DNA from: Bdellovibrionales bacterium
Lineage (GTDB): Bacteria; Bdellovibrionota; Bdellovibrionia; Bdellovibrionales; JAUICD01
Length of the DNA stretch: 64,000 nucleotides
NCBI GenBank assembly: GCA_965197425.1
Contig: CBDANC010000014.1
Span: forward strand, 387,729 to 451,728
Reading direction: 5' to 3'
Shown: piece by piece, positions 34,550 to 45,309 of the stretch
Numbering within the stretch: the stretch's first letter is position 1
How the letters are laid out: each line of letters opens with the position of its first letter
The notes under the pieces: generated by a model
What the model saw: only the letters and a program-made list of their open reading frames with translations
What the model was told of the DNA's origin: nothing
Database searches by the model: none
Made by a program: the position numbers and the translations under genes

Positions 34550-37011
34550 TGGAACAACATGAAATTGAGAACAAGATAGAAGTAGAGCAGGAGATGAAAC
34601 AAGCCTATCTGCAATACTCCATGAGTGTAATTGTTGGTAGAGCGTTGCCAGATGCAAGGGATGGACTGAAGCCTGTTCACAGAAGAGTGTTGTTTGCTCA
34701 GTATGAAATGAAAAATAACCATAATAAGCCTTATAAAAAATCAGCTAGGTTAGTAGGAGATGTGATCGGTAAATATCACCCTCATGGGGACACTGCCGTA
34801 TATGACACTTTGGTTAGAATGGCTCAGGATTTTTCTTTGCGCTATCCACTGATTGATGGACAGGGGAACTTTGGATCTATTGACGGAGATAGCCCTGCAG
34901 CTATGAGGTACACGGAAGTTAGGATGACTAAGTTTGCAGAAGAGCTTTTAGCAGACTTGGACAAAGACACTGTGAACTTTTATCCAAACTATGATGGATC
35001 GTTTCAAATTCCGCAAGTGTTACCTACTAAAATTCCAAACTTATTAACTAATGGCTCTTCAGGAATAGCTGTTGGGATGGCAACCAACATTCCACCACAC
35101 AACCTAAATGAGATCATAGATGGGCTTATGCTTATTATTGATAATCCTGAAATTTCAATAGCAGAGCTTTTGGGTACAATAAAAGGACCTGATTTTCCTT
35201 CAAGTGGTGTGATTATAGGAAGGCAGGGAATTATAAAAGCCTATAAAACTGGTAGAGGAATTATAGCTTTAAGAGGAGTAAGTCACTTTGAAACCACAAA
35301 AACCAATAAAGACAGAATTGTGGTTACTGAAATTCCATACCAGGTTAACAAGGCTAAGCTTATAGAGACAGCAGTGGTTTGTATTAAAGAAAAAAAACTA
35401 GAAGGTATCTCAGACATAAGAGACGAGTCTTCTAGAAAAGGTATGCGAATAGTGTTTGAACTAAAAAAAGGAGAATCCCCTGAGGTAATACTAAACAGGC
35501 TTTATAGATATACCCAACTACAAACTAGTTTTGGGATAAACATGTTGGCTTTAGACGGAGGAACTCAACCAAAACTATTTGATTTAAAGAATTTGCTTAA
35601 AGCATTTATAGATCATAGAAAGGAAGTTGTTACTAAAAGATGTGTCTTTGAACTTAATAAAGCAAAAGACAGGATACACATTCTCTTAGGGCTTAAGAAA
35701 GCTCTAGACAACATAGAAAGAATCATTGAATTGATCAAAAGCTCTAAAGAAGTTAAGGAAGCCAGGGTTAGCCTGACACAAGAGTTCCTGTTTTCTGGTA
35801 TTCAAGCACAGGCTATTTTGGACATGAGGCTTGCCAGACTTACAGGCCTTGAGAGAGATAAAATTGTAGATGAGATAACTAAATTGGAAGCTGAGATAAA
35901 GAGGCTAGAAGAAATTTTGGCAGATGTGGGCTTGGTATATCAAGCAGTTAAGAACGAGCTTTTGGAAATAAAAAACAAATATGGTGACGATAGAAGAACA
36001 CAAGTTTTAGAAGATGACCTTGAAGTTGAAGACGAGGATTTGATAGACAAAGAAGATGTTTTGGTTACTTTCACACAAGGTGGTTATATTAAAAGATCTT
36101 CAGCTTCAGCTTATAGAGCCCAGCGAAGAGGAGGGAGAGGAATAAGAGGAGCAGGGCTTGTGAAAGGAGATTTTGTAAAAAAATTGTTTCAAGCCAATAC
36201 CCTCACTACACTTTTGGTTTTTACAGATAAAGGAAGAGTTATCCCTTTAAAGGTTTATAAGCTCCCAGATGTTTCAAGAGATGCTAAGGGAAGAGCAATT
36301 GTTAATTTAATAGACGCAACCTCAGATGAAAAAGTTGTAACTATTTTGCCAGTAGACGAGCTTGGCTCAGAACAAAATGCTAAGGACTTGGTTTTAGTTT
36401 TTGTAACCAAAAAGGGTATTTTTAAAAGAATAAACTTAAATCACTTTTCCAAAATTAGAAAAACTGGAATAAGGGCTTTGACCATTAAGCAGGGAGACGC
36501 ATTGATCGATGTGCAGGTAAGTGATGGCGCAAGCAACATACTTATAGCCACTCAACAAGGGAAGATGATCATGTTTGATGAGAGGAGTGTTCGTACAGTT
36601 GGAAGAACAGCTAGTGGTGTTATAGGCATAAGAATTAGGGGAGACGATTCTGTAATAGGAACCCTAGTGTTAAATAAAGAAGTTGAAGCAGATATCGTTA
36701 CAATTACAGAAAATGGTTATGGAAAACGAACAAATTCCAGTGGGTTTAGACCGCAGAATAGAGGGGGTTCTGGGGTTATAGGTCATAAGGTAACTACGAA
36801 AGTTGGGAAAGTGATTGGTATAGAAAAAGCAGGAGACAATCAAGACATTGTTATTATATCAAATACCGGACAAATAATTAGATCAAGCGTAGGAGAACTG
36901 TCTTGCTACAAGAGGTCTTCTCAAGGCGTGCGGGTTATGAACCTTAGATCTGGAGAAAAAGTATCTAGCATCGAGTTGGTGCAAGCAGAAGATGAAGAAA
37001 ATTCTAATTAG
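34549..37011 (+). CDS. gyrA: DNA gyrase subunit A
   Basis: [24 protein letters not shown] and the GyrA box QRRGGRG. Confidence 0.99.
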
Positions 37012-37714
37012 TGTTTTGTTAATATCATGTAGCAGACCCGATGAAAAATTCTATTTCAAAAAAGCTTTGCGATATGAAAAAAAACAAGAACATGCTCTTT
37101 CTATAAAAAATTTAGCTAAGGTTTTAGAAGTGGGAAAAGATAAAAACTACCTGCTAGAAGCATCAAGAATGGCTACCAGAATAAAACACAAAAACAAACT
37201 TGATGAGATAAAGTTTTTAAGAACCATAATACTTCATACAGACGACAAAAAAGAAAGAAAAGATGCTCAAAAAAAAGTAGCGGATTTATATTATGAGGCT
37301 GAAAATTATGTGCGGGCTATATATGAGTATGAACTGCTTAGCACTCAAGATTTAAAACTTGCACAGTCATATTTCTATTTAGATGACTTTAAGCAAGCGT
37401 TGGTTGAAGTAGAAGTATTTGAAAAAGCTATGGGGCCCAATTTTGAAACCAACCTTTTAAAAGCTAGAATCAAGGTGGGGATTTTAGAGCTTGATGAGGC
37501 GATTAAAATATACCAAAGCTTATTGCAGAACAAGAGCGAATCTAAAACACAAACCGTTTTAATAGAGCTGTCTCAGTGCTATGAACAGCAAGGTGATTAT
37601 TCAAAGGCAATAGAGGTGTTAGAGGGAAGCGAAGATAAAGTTGTTAAAGCCAGGTTATCTAGATTAAAAGTAGCAAAAGAAATGCAGCCTGGTGCTAAGA
37701 GGATCGCAAGGTGA
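36992..37714 (+). CDS. TPR-repeat lipoprotein
   Basis: Lipobox-like [16 protein letters not shown]-like helices ([19 protein letters not shown]). Confidence 0.8.
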   Translation: MKKILISVLLISCSRPDEKFYFKKALRYEKKQEHALSIKNLAKVLEVGKDKNYLLEASRMATRIKHKNKLDEIKFLRTIILHTDDKKERKDAQKKVADLYYEAENYVRAIYEYELLSTQDLKLAQSYFYLDDFKQALVEVEVFEKAMGPNFETNLLKARIKVGILELDEAIKIYQSLLQNKSESKTQTVLIELSQCYEQQGDYSKAIEVLEGSEDKVVKARLSRLKVAKEMQPGAKRIAR

Positions 37715-37896
37715 AAAAAATGATAAAATTTATGAGCCTAGGAGCGGAGCTTACAGGCATTATAGTGACCATGGTTTTTTTAGGAATGTTTGTTGGAGAG
37801 AAGCTGGGGAGTAAAAATATAGGCGCCTTTTGGGGGATTGTAATTGGATTTTCTGGTTGGATTTATAGAATAATTTTACTTACAAGGAAAAGATAG
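37711..37896 (+). CDS. AtpZ/AtpI-family small membrane protein
   Basis: SLGAEL...FLGMFVGEKLG with two TM segments; upstream of atpB. Confidence 0.75.
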   Translation: MKKMIKFMSLGAELTGIIVTMVFLGMFVGEKLGSKNIGAFWGIVIGFSGWIYRIILLTRKR

Positions 37897-38300
37897 TGAA
37901 GCTAGTTTTCTCTGTTGTTTTGATAAATCTGGTTGTTTTGACTTATCAAATAATAGAGGTGACTGGTGGAAATAGCAAAGCTGTTGGATTTTTATTTGGT
38001 TGCGCGGTTGTTTATATAAGCACTTTATTAAATGCCTTAATATTTAGTATTACAAAAAAATCTGTTGCCTATTCTATTTTGCTTGTTGTATTTAAATTTG
38101 CATTTGTGTTGTTGGTATTATGGGCGTTGTTTTCAAAAAAATACTTAGACAGCACATTAGTGTCAGATTCCATAAAACAGCTGGATATTAAATGGTTTGT
38201 AGTAGGGTTGATTTTTTCGATACTAACACTAGGCATTTTAGCAAAAGGTGTGTTATCTAAAAACAACCAGGAAAAATCAATAAGGCTGGGATTGAAGTAA
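37896..38300 (+). CDS. ATP synthase protein I-like membrane protein
   Basis: About four TM segments; directly before atpB. Confidence 0.65.
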   Translation: MKLVFSVVLINLVVLTYQIIEVTGGNSKAVGFLFGCAVVYISTLLNALIFSITKKSVAYSILLVVFKFAFVLLVLWALFSKKYLDSTLVSDSIKQLDIKWFVVGLIFSILTLGILAKGVLSKNNQEKSIRLGLK

Positions 38301-38330
38301 AACTTTGCAGATAAGGCTTAGGAAAAGCAG

Positions 38331-39020
38331 ATGATACACTTTAATTGGTTAGGGCTTATCCCTCAAATAGGGCATCACTATTTACATATAGCATGTGTGT
38401 TTTTGGTCTCTTTTATTATAGTGGCCATGGCCCTTTTTGCCAAAAGAAGATTGGATAAAGACAATCTATCGCCTCAAGGGAAGTTTGGAATTTTAGGGTT
38501 GTTTGAGGCGATAACTGACTTTATCTTTGATAAGGCCAACGCCATTATAGGAAAACAAGACGGTCATAAATATGCTGCGTTTTTCTGTTTTTTGTTTATT
38601 TTTATATTGTTTAATAACATTTTAGGGCTTTTGCCAGGGTTCACGTCGGCTTCGGATAATATAAACACAACTTTGGCTATAGGTTTAATTGCGTTTGTGT
38701 TTTATAACAAGGAAGGAATAAAAAAGCAGGGGTTTTTGAACTACTTAAAGCATTTTTTAGGCCCGATTTGGTGGATTGCTCCGTTGTTATTTGTAGTAGA
38801 GATCATATCTCATATATTTAGACCATTTACCTTAGGACTAAGGCTTATGGGCAATATGAAAGGAGATCATACGGTATTAAGTGCATTTTTGGATCTGGTT
38901 CCGGTAGGAATACCAGTTATATTTTATGGTTTGGGATTGTTTGTTAGTGTTGTACAAGCATTAGTATTTACTTTATTGTCCATGGTTTATGTATCTATGG
39001 CTGTTACAAGCGACCATTAA
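38331..39020 (+). CDS. atpB: ATP synthase F0 subunit a
   Basis: NNILGLLPG, EIISHIFRPFTLGLRLMGNM and VQALVFTLLSMVY motifs. Confidence 0.97.
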   Translation: MIHFNWLGLIPQIGHHYLHIACVFLVSFIIVAMALFAKRRLDKDNLSPQGKFGILGLFEAITDFIFDKANAIIGKQDGHKYAAFFCFLFIFILFNNILGLLPGFTSASDNINTTLAIGLIAFVFYNKEGIKKQGFLNYLKHFLGPIWWIAPLLFVVEIISHIFRPFTLGLRLMGNMKGDHTVLSAFLDLVPVGIPVIFYGLGLFVSVVQALVFTLLSMVYVSMAVTSDH

Positions 39021-39042
39021 CTTTTATAGGAGGAACATACAA

Positions 39043-39333
39043 ATGAGAACATTGATATTTATAGCGACTTTTTTGAGTGCAAAATTTGTTTTAGCACAGG
39101 AAGTTGTTGGTGAAGCGGCTATGGCCGTTGATTGGAAGGGCCCTGCAACAGCAATTGCACTTGGAATTGCAGCAACGGGAGGCGCACTAGGGCAGGGTAG
39201 GGCCATCAGTGCCGCGCTGGAAGGCATTGCTAGAAATCCGTCCGCTCAAGATAAGATATTTACTCCAATGATCTTGGGCCTCGCATTTATAGAATCTTTG
39301 GTTATCTTTACTTTGCTTTTACAATTTATTTAA
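39043..39333 (+). CDS. atpE: ATP synthase F0 subunit c with an N-terminal leader
   Basis: AGGAGG SD before ATG 39043; GGALGQG, ARNP and LAFIESL motifs. Confidence 0.96.
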   Translation: MRTLIFIATFLSAKFVLAQEVVGEAAMAVDWKGPATAIALGIAATGGALGQGRAISAALEGIARNPSAQDKIFTPMILGLAFIESLVIFTLLLQFI

Positions 39334-39457
39334 AATTTTTAAAGAAGCAATAAAAGAGAGCAGGAAAGCTAACAGGCTTTAAAAAACGAACTTAAGTCTG
39401 CGGGATTTCTTTGTGGTTAATTCAAACCTGTGTAGTGCAAAAACCAGGAATGTTCTC

Positions 39458-41935
39458 CTATTGTATTTTAAAATCTTTTTCTAGAAATTCTATAGTAGCA
39501 CTTTTGCCCAATACAGTTGGATTTTCTGGGTGTCCAACAGCGACAACTTCCCCTCCTCTTTCTCCACCGTAAGGACCTAGATCGATCATGTAATCACATG
39601 ATTTTATAATATCTAAATTGTGCTCAATTATAACAACAGTATGACCATTATCTACAAGCTCCTGTAGTAATTTTATTAGTTTTTTTATATCTTCGAAGTG
39701 TAGTCCTGTTGTGGGCTCGTCTAAAATATAAATTGTTTTTTTCTTTTTTGATCTAGAAAGCTCCTTGGAAAGTTTTATTCTTTGGGCCTCCCCTCCTGAC
39801 AGTGATACAGAGCTTTGTCCTAATCTCAAATAGTCCAAGCCTACTCTCTGCAATGTTTGTAGTTTGTTTAAAATAAAACTATGGTTTTTAAAAAATCCCA
39901 GGGCCTCATTAACAGTCATATTTAAAATATCAATTATATTTTTATTTTTATATTTTATGCTCAAAGTTTCTTTGTTAAAGCGTTTGCCAGCACAGGTTTC
40001 ACATTCTACATACGCTTCTGACATAAAATAAAGATCAATTTTCTTTTGCCCCAAACCATCACATGCGCTGCATTGCCCATATGCGAGGTTAAAGCTAAAC
40101 TGTCCAGGCTTATATCCTCTAACGCGACTTTCTGGTAATTTAGAATAAAGTTCCCTTATACGACCCAACAAATCGATGTAAGTGGCAGGAACAGATCTTG
40201 GAGTTTTTCCTATAGGCTTTTGATTTATATCAATTACTCTGTCTAGATATTCTGCTCCAAACACCTCCGCTAAAGAAAATGTTTTTGTTTGTTTTGAAAA
40301 GTGTCCCTCCAGATAATCTAACAACAGCTCTGTAATTAAACTTGATTTTCCGCTTCCTGAAACACCTGTGATGGTTACAAATCTACTAAGAGGGATTTTA
40401 ACATCTATATTTTTTAAATTGTTTTTACGGGCTCCTTTTATACAAAGCCAGTTAATACTTTCAAGGCTTCTATGTTTATTCAAAAATGCCTGTCGTTTGT
40501 TTTGTAGGTAGAGCCCAGTTAGGCTTTGAGTTGTGTTTATTTCTGAAACCTTTCCTTGATATACAATTTCTCCTCCCAGCTCCCCTGCTCCTGGGCCTAG
40601 ATCAATAACATGATCTGCGCTTAGTATTGTGTCTTTGTCGTGTTCTACTACTAGAACTGTGTTGCCTTTATTTTTAAGTAACCTTAGGTTGTCGAGCAAA
40701 CTTTTGTGATCTTTTGGGTGTAATCCAATTGAAGGTTCATCTAAAACATAGAGAATGCCTATTAGCGGGTTTGTTAGCTGCGCCGCTAGCCTTAGCCTTT
40801 GGATTTCTCCGCCAGATAGAGTTTTGCTGGATCTTGTAAGAGCTAAATACCCGACACCCAGGCCTTCTAAGAAATTTAACTTTTCTATTAAAGTACGTTT
40901 TATTTGAAATGACAGCTGTGCCTGTCTATCTGAAAGTACAAGTGAGCTTATGGCTTTTCTTATATCGATTATATCAAGGGAGGACATTTCGTATATGTTT
41001 AGATTTTTTATAAAAACGCTTCTGGCAGATATATTAAGTCTAGATCCTTTGCATAAAGGACATTCGAGTTCAAGCTCATTTTTTTCGATTGTTCCAATGC
41101 CTCTACACTTTGTACAAGCCCCTCTTGCATAGTTAAAGCTAAAAAGTCTAGGCTCTGGAAATTCGGCAAAGTTGTAGCTACATTCAGAGCATACACCGGT
41201 TGTGGAAAAGAAAATTTCTTTTTTATCTGCAAGTGTGGTAACTTTAAGAAATCCTTTAGTTAAACCTAAAGCGCACTCTATGCTCTCCAAAATCCTCTGT
41301 TCTGAAGATGGTTTTATTATCAGTTGATCCACTATTAGATCTATCCAATGTAGGGTGTTTTTATTTAACTTAGTTACATTTTCTAGGTCTATAACTTGTT
41401 TGTCTATTATTGCCTTCACCAGTCCGATTCTTTTCCATTCCTCTATTTCTTTTTTAAACTCTCCTTTTTTCCCCCTAATTAGAGGAGCAGATATAATTAC
41501 GGATGTTTTGAGGTTCATAATTTGATCTAAGATTTTTTGTACGTTTTGAGGCTTCAGAGAAACTTTGTGCTTAGGACATTTTGGCTCCCCTATTTTTGCG
41601 TATAGAAGCCTTAGGTAGTCATATACTTCTGTTATAGTACCCACAGTAGATCTGGGGGAAGTTAGTGTGCCTTTTTGCTCCATTGAAATGGAAGGCGATA
41701 ATCCTGATATAGAACCAACCTCAGGTTTGGAAAATTGTTTTATAAATTGTCTTGCATATGTGGATAGACTTTCAACATACCGCCGTTGCCCTTCTGCATA
41801 AATGGTATTAAATGCCAAACTTGATTTTCCACTCCCAGAAAGGCCAGTTATTACAGTAAGACTGTTGGAAGGGATAGTTACACTAATTCCTTTTAGGTTA
41901 TGTTGTCTTGCGTTTACTACTTCAATATTTTTCAT
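39458..41935 (-). CDS. uvrA: Excinuclease ABC subunit A, compact form (insertion domain absent)
   Basis: Two ABC modules (GLSGSGKSS, GVSGSGKSS), LSGGE signatures, DEPSIGLH and DEPTTGLH, Zn-finger Cys pairs. Confidence 0.96.
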   Translation of the reverse strand: MKNIEVVNARQHNLKGISVTIPSNSLTVITGLSGSGKSSLAFNTIYAEGQRRYVESLSTYARQFIKQFSKPEVGSISGLSPSISMEQKGTLTSPRSTVGTITEVYDYLRLLYAKIGEPKCPKHKVSLKPQNVQKILDQIMNLKTSVIISAPLIRGKKGEFKKEIEEWKRIGLVKAIIDKQVIDLENVTKLNKNTLHWIDLIVDQLIIKPSSEQRILESIECALGLTKGFLKVTTLADKKEIFFSTTGVCSECSYNFAEFPEPRLFSFNYARGACTKCRGIGTIEKNELELECPLCKGSRLNISARSVFIKNLNIYEMSSLDIIDIRKAISSLVLSDRQAQLSFQIKRTLIEKLNFLEGLGVGYLALTRSSKTLSGGEIQRLRLAAQLTNPLIGILYVLDEPSIGLHPKDHKSLLDNLRLLKNKGNTVLVVEHDKDTILSADHVIDLGPGAGELGGEIVYQGKVSEINTTQSLTGLYLQNKRQAFLNKHRSLESINWLCIKGARKNNLKNIDVKIPLSRFVTITGVSGSGKSSLITELLLDYLEGHFSKQTKTFSLAEVFGAEYLDRVIDINQKPIGKTPRSVPATYIDLLGRIRELYSKLPESRVRGYKPGQFSFNLAYGQCSACDGLGQKKIDLYFMSEAYVECETCAGKRFNKETLSIKYKNKNIIDILNMTVNEALGFFKNHSFILNKLQTLQRVGLDYLRLGQSSVSLSGGEAQRIKLSKELSRSKKKKTIYILDEPTTGLHFEDIKKLIKLLQELVDNGHTVVIIEHNLDIIKSCDYMIDLGPYGGERGGEVVAVGHPENPTVLGKSATIEFLEKDFKIQ

Positions 41936-43289
41936 TTGTTTTTATAAAAGTTTCTATTTTACTTCTGATTCTAGCCAATCCCTCGCTTGTGGTTGACTCA
42001 AATCGTAAGGTTAAAATTGGCCCGGTATGAGATATTCTTATTAATGCCCAGCCATTTTTGAAACTAATTCTTACTCCATCTATGTGGTTTACGGAATATT
42101 CGTCAGTATTGTGTTTGAAATGTTTCTTTACTTTTTTCATTAAATGTTCTCTTTTCTTATAGCTCATTTTTAATCTTATTTCTGGGGTGGAGTAAGTTTT
42201 TGGCAGTCCCTCTAAAAGAGAGGATATAGATTTTTTTGACTTTACTAAAAGCTCTATAAGCCTTAGGGCAGCATATATAGCATCATCATACCCATAATTT
42301 CTGTCTCTAAAACAAATGTGCCCGCTTAACTCCCCCCCTAGAAGAGCATTTTCATCTTTAATTTTTTGTTTTATAAGTGAGTGTCCTGTTTTATACATTA
42401 GCCCTGTTCCACCAAGAGCATCTATAGAGCTAAATAGTTTGTCAGAGCATTTTACATCTGCAACTATAGTTTCGCTTTTATATGTTTGTAAAATATCTTT
42501 TGCAAAAATATATATAAGTTCATCTCCCAGTATAAATTTTCCAGCTTCGTCTACAACCCCAATTCTATCAGCATCTCCATCAAAACCTATGCCAGCAACT
42601 GAATTTGTAGCTATAACTTTGTTTGCCAATTCTTTTAAATTACTTTCTACAGTTGGGTCGGGATGATGGTTTGGAAAATTTCCATCTGGCTTTTCAAATA
42701 AAATTTCACAGTTTAAACCTAGTTGTTCCATTAATTTTCTTAACACAACTCCTGCTGTTCCATTCCCACAATCCATTACTATAGGGATATTGGTTAAATG
42801 TTTAAACTCTTCTGTGTAGCGATTTATATAGCTTGTTATTATGTCAAAAGAAGAAGTATTGCCTTTTAGTTTTTTTGTGCTTTTATTAGTTTCTATAATG
42901 GTTTTTATTTCCTTTATGTCTTGGCTTTGTAAGTTAGATTTGTTGTAGGTTAGTTTAAATCCATTATACTCAGGTGGATTGTGACTAGCAGTTACTATTA
43001 TGCTCATAGCGACATTGTCTATTGCATGTGTGGAATAGTAGGATATTGGGGTTGTAATAAGCCCAAGTTTTACAACATGCGCTCCGTGTTCAGTAAGTCC
43101 AGCTATTAAAGATTCGTATAGTTTGGGGCTAGACAACCTGGCATCGTGTCCCACGGTTACTTTGTTTTCATGCCCCCTTAGAGACATGTAACTAACTAGG
43201 GCTTTTCCAAGACTATAGGAAAATGCAGAATCTAAATGGGTTTCAACGATACCTCTTATGTCATATTGTCTGAATATTATAGGATCCAT
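41922..43289 (-). CDS. Phosphomannomutase/phosphoglucomutase
   Basis: IFRQYDIRG, TASHNPPEYNG, FDGDADR and GELSGH motifs. Confidence 0.96.
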   Translation of the reverse strand: MDPIIFRQYDIRGIVETHLDSAFSYSLGKALVSYMSLRGHENKVTVGHDARLSSPKLYESLIAGLTEHGAHVVKLGLITTPISYYSTHAIDNVAMSIIVTASHNPPEYNGFKLTYNKSNLQSQDIKEIKTIIETNKSTKKLKGNTSSFDIITSYINRYTEEFKHLTNIPIVMDCGNGTAGVVLRKLMEQLGLNCEILFEKPDGNFPNHHPDPTVESNLKELANKVIATNSVAGIGFDGDADRIGVVDEAGKFILGDELIYIFAKDILQTYKSETIVADVKCSDKLFSSIDALGGTGLMYKTGHSLIKQKIKDENALLGGELSGHICFRDRNYGYDDAIYAALRLIELLVKSKKSISSLLEGLPKTYSTPEIRLKMSYKKREHLMKKVKKHFKHNTDEYSVNHIDGVRISFKNGWALIRISHTGPILTLRFESTTSEGLARIRSKIETFIKTNEKY

Positions 43290-43539
43290 ATTAAAATATT
43301 CCAGGATTGGCTTTTGCTAATAACCTCCTAGTATATATTAAGCTTTAAAGTTATTACAAATCCTTTAATAAAAGTTCGCTTTTTATAAGAAAGGTAAGAA
43401 GGTTTTATCTGGAGCATAAAAAGAGGTATAGTGAAAGAAATAAAGCTCCCAGTATCTTTATTGACAAATCTCTATGGCTGTAGCAGGTTGTGATGTATCT
43501 GGGATAAAAAATAACAAAGCTTGGGCATAGACAAGAGAG

Positions 43540-44010
43540 GTGGATATGAAAGGAGATAAGGTTGTTATTGATAATTTAAACACCCTTTTGGCAAATGAAT
43601 TTGCTGCCATTAATCAATATACCCTGCACTCTTCTATGTGTGAAAGTTGGGGGTATAAAAAACTTGCCAAAAAATACAAACTAGATGGCGAAGAGGAAAC
43701 AGAGGATGCAAAAAAAGTTGTAGATAGAATTTTATTTTTGGGCGGGATGCCTAATGTGACAAATGTTCCTGCTATAAAACCAGGAGAGAGTGTTAAAGAT
43801 CAGTTTGAATTAAACTTTAAACTAGAATCACAAAATATAGATGATTTAAACAAAGGCGTAGAGGTTTGTCTGGGCGTAAAAGACCATGCTACAAGGCATA
43901 TGCTAGAGCAGATAATTTTGCATGAACAAGAACACGTAGATTGGTATGAGTGTCAATTACAGCTTATAGGCGATATGGGAATAGACAACTATCTTGCTAG
44001 TAGCATATAA
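43540..44010 (+). CDS. bfr: Bacterioferritin-family protein with atypical haem and ferroxidase residues
   Basis: MKGDKVVIDNLN.LL.NEFAAINQY.LH, RILFLGGMPN, EQEHVDW.E.QL.LI..MG..NYL. Confidence 0.9.
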   Translation: MDMKGDKVVIDNLNTLLANEFAAINQYTLHSSMCESWGYKKLAKKYKLDGEEETEDAKKVVDRILFLGGMPNVTNVPAIKPGESVKDQFELNFKLESQNIDDLNKGVEVCLGVKDHATRHMLEQIILHEQEHVDWYECQLQLIGDMGIDNYLASSI

Positions 44011-44020
44011 CATTTTGTAG

Positions 44021-44815
44021 ATGAAGCAGTACTTAAATTTATTAAAACATGTATTAGAGACAGGTGAAGTCAGAAAAGACAGAACCAAAACTGGAGTGAG
44101 GAGTGTTTTTGGCACTCAAACTAGATATGATTTAACTAATAGCTTTCCTCTGGTTACTACTAAAAAAATTCACTTAAAGTCAATAATCTACGAGCTGTTA
44201 TGGTTTATACAGGGGAATACCAACACTGAGTTTTTAAATAAAAACGGTGTAACAATATGGAATGAATGGGCTGATGAAATAGGAGACTTAGGCCCGATCT
44301 ATGGGAAACAATGGAGAAGTTGGCCTACCAACAACATAAATATAGATCAACTTGATAGAGTAATAACTCAAATAAAACAAAACCCGTTTTCTAGAAGGCT
44401 TATTGTAAATTCTTGGAATGTAGGTGAGCTGGATAAAATGGCATTGCCTCCTTGTCATATGATGTTTCAGTTTCATGTTTCTGCTTCTGGCGCACTGTCT
44501 TGTCAGATGTATCAAAGAAGTGCAGATTTGTTTTTAGGGGTGCCATTTAATATTTCCAGCTACTCTTTGCTTACAATGATGGTTGCTCAGGTTTGTGGGC
44601 TTGTTCCTCATGAGTTTATTCACACAATAGGGGATGCACACATATATGAAAACCATTTGGATCAGGTGAAGTTGCAGCTTTCCAGAACCACCAAAGCTCT
44701 ACCAACCATGGCGTTAAACCAACAAGTGAAAGACATTTTTAAATTTAGCTATGAAGATTTTCAACTCATAGGCTATGAGCCTCATGGTAGAATTAAAGCT
44801 GAGGTTTCGGTTTGA
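44021..44815 (+). CDS. thyA: Thymidylate synthase
   Basis: [32 protein letters not shown] and GDAHIYENH motifs. Confidence 0.99.
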   Translation: MKQYLNLLKHVLETGEVRKDRTKTGVRSVFGTQTRYDLTNSFPLVTTKKIHLKSIIYELLWFIQGNTNTEFLNKNGVTIWNEWADEIGDLGPIYGKQWRSWPTNNINIDQLDRVITQIKQNPFSRRLIVNSWNVGELDKMALPPCHMMFQFHVSASGALSCQMYQRSADLFLGVPFNISSYSLLTMMVAQVCGLVPHEFIHTIGDAHIYENHLDQVKLQLSRTTKALPTMALNQQVKDIFKFSYEDFQLIGYEPHGRIKAEVSV

Positions 44816-45309
44816 TATCACATATTGTGGCGATGTCATCTAATAGAGTTATAGGAAAAGATGGTGGTATTCCTTGGAGCATTCCAGAGGACTTGAATTA
44901 TTTTAAAAACACCACGCTTGGTCACTGTGTGATTTATGGCAAAAAAACTTTTGAGAGTTTGCCTAAGCCTCTGCCCAATAGGTTAAATGTGGTTTTAAGC
45001 AGTACATTGAAGAACACATTAGAAGAAACGCCAAATGTAGTAGTTTTTTCTAAAATTTCTGATGCAATTGATTTTTGTAAGAAACAAGTTACAAGGCCTG
45101 AGGAAGTATTTGTTTGTGGAGGGGCGCAAGTTTATACAGATACTATGCATTTAGCTAAGAAAATATATTTAACCTTTATAAAAAAACCTTATGAGGGGGA
45201 TAGGTTTTATCCCGATCTAGGTGAAGATTTTGAAATGATGTCTGAGAGACAGTTTTTTAATCCTGAAGAATTTTCCTTTAAAATATACGAAAGAAAATAT
45301 AAAATTTAG
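44812..45309 (+). CDS. folA: Dihydrofolate reductase
   Basis: [33 protein letters not shown] and GGAQVY motifs. Confidence 0.97.
   Translation: MISHIVAMSSNRVIGKDGGIPWSIPEDLNYFKNTTLGHCVIYGKKTFESLPKPLPNRLNVVLSSTLKNTLEETPNVVVFSKISDAIDFCKKQVTRPEEVFVCGGAQVYTDTMHLAKKIYLTFIKKPYEGDRFYPDLGEDFEMMSERQFFNPEEFSFKIYERKYKI

Noticed and set aside
38989..39042. Longer atpE N-terminus given in the ORF track
   Set aside because: It overlaps atpB, and the AGGAGG SD supports ATG 39043.
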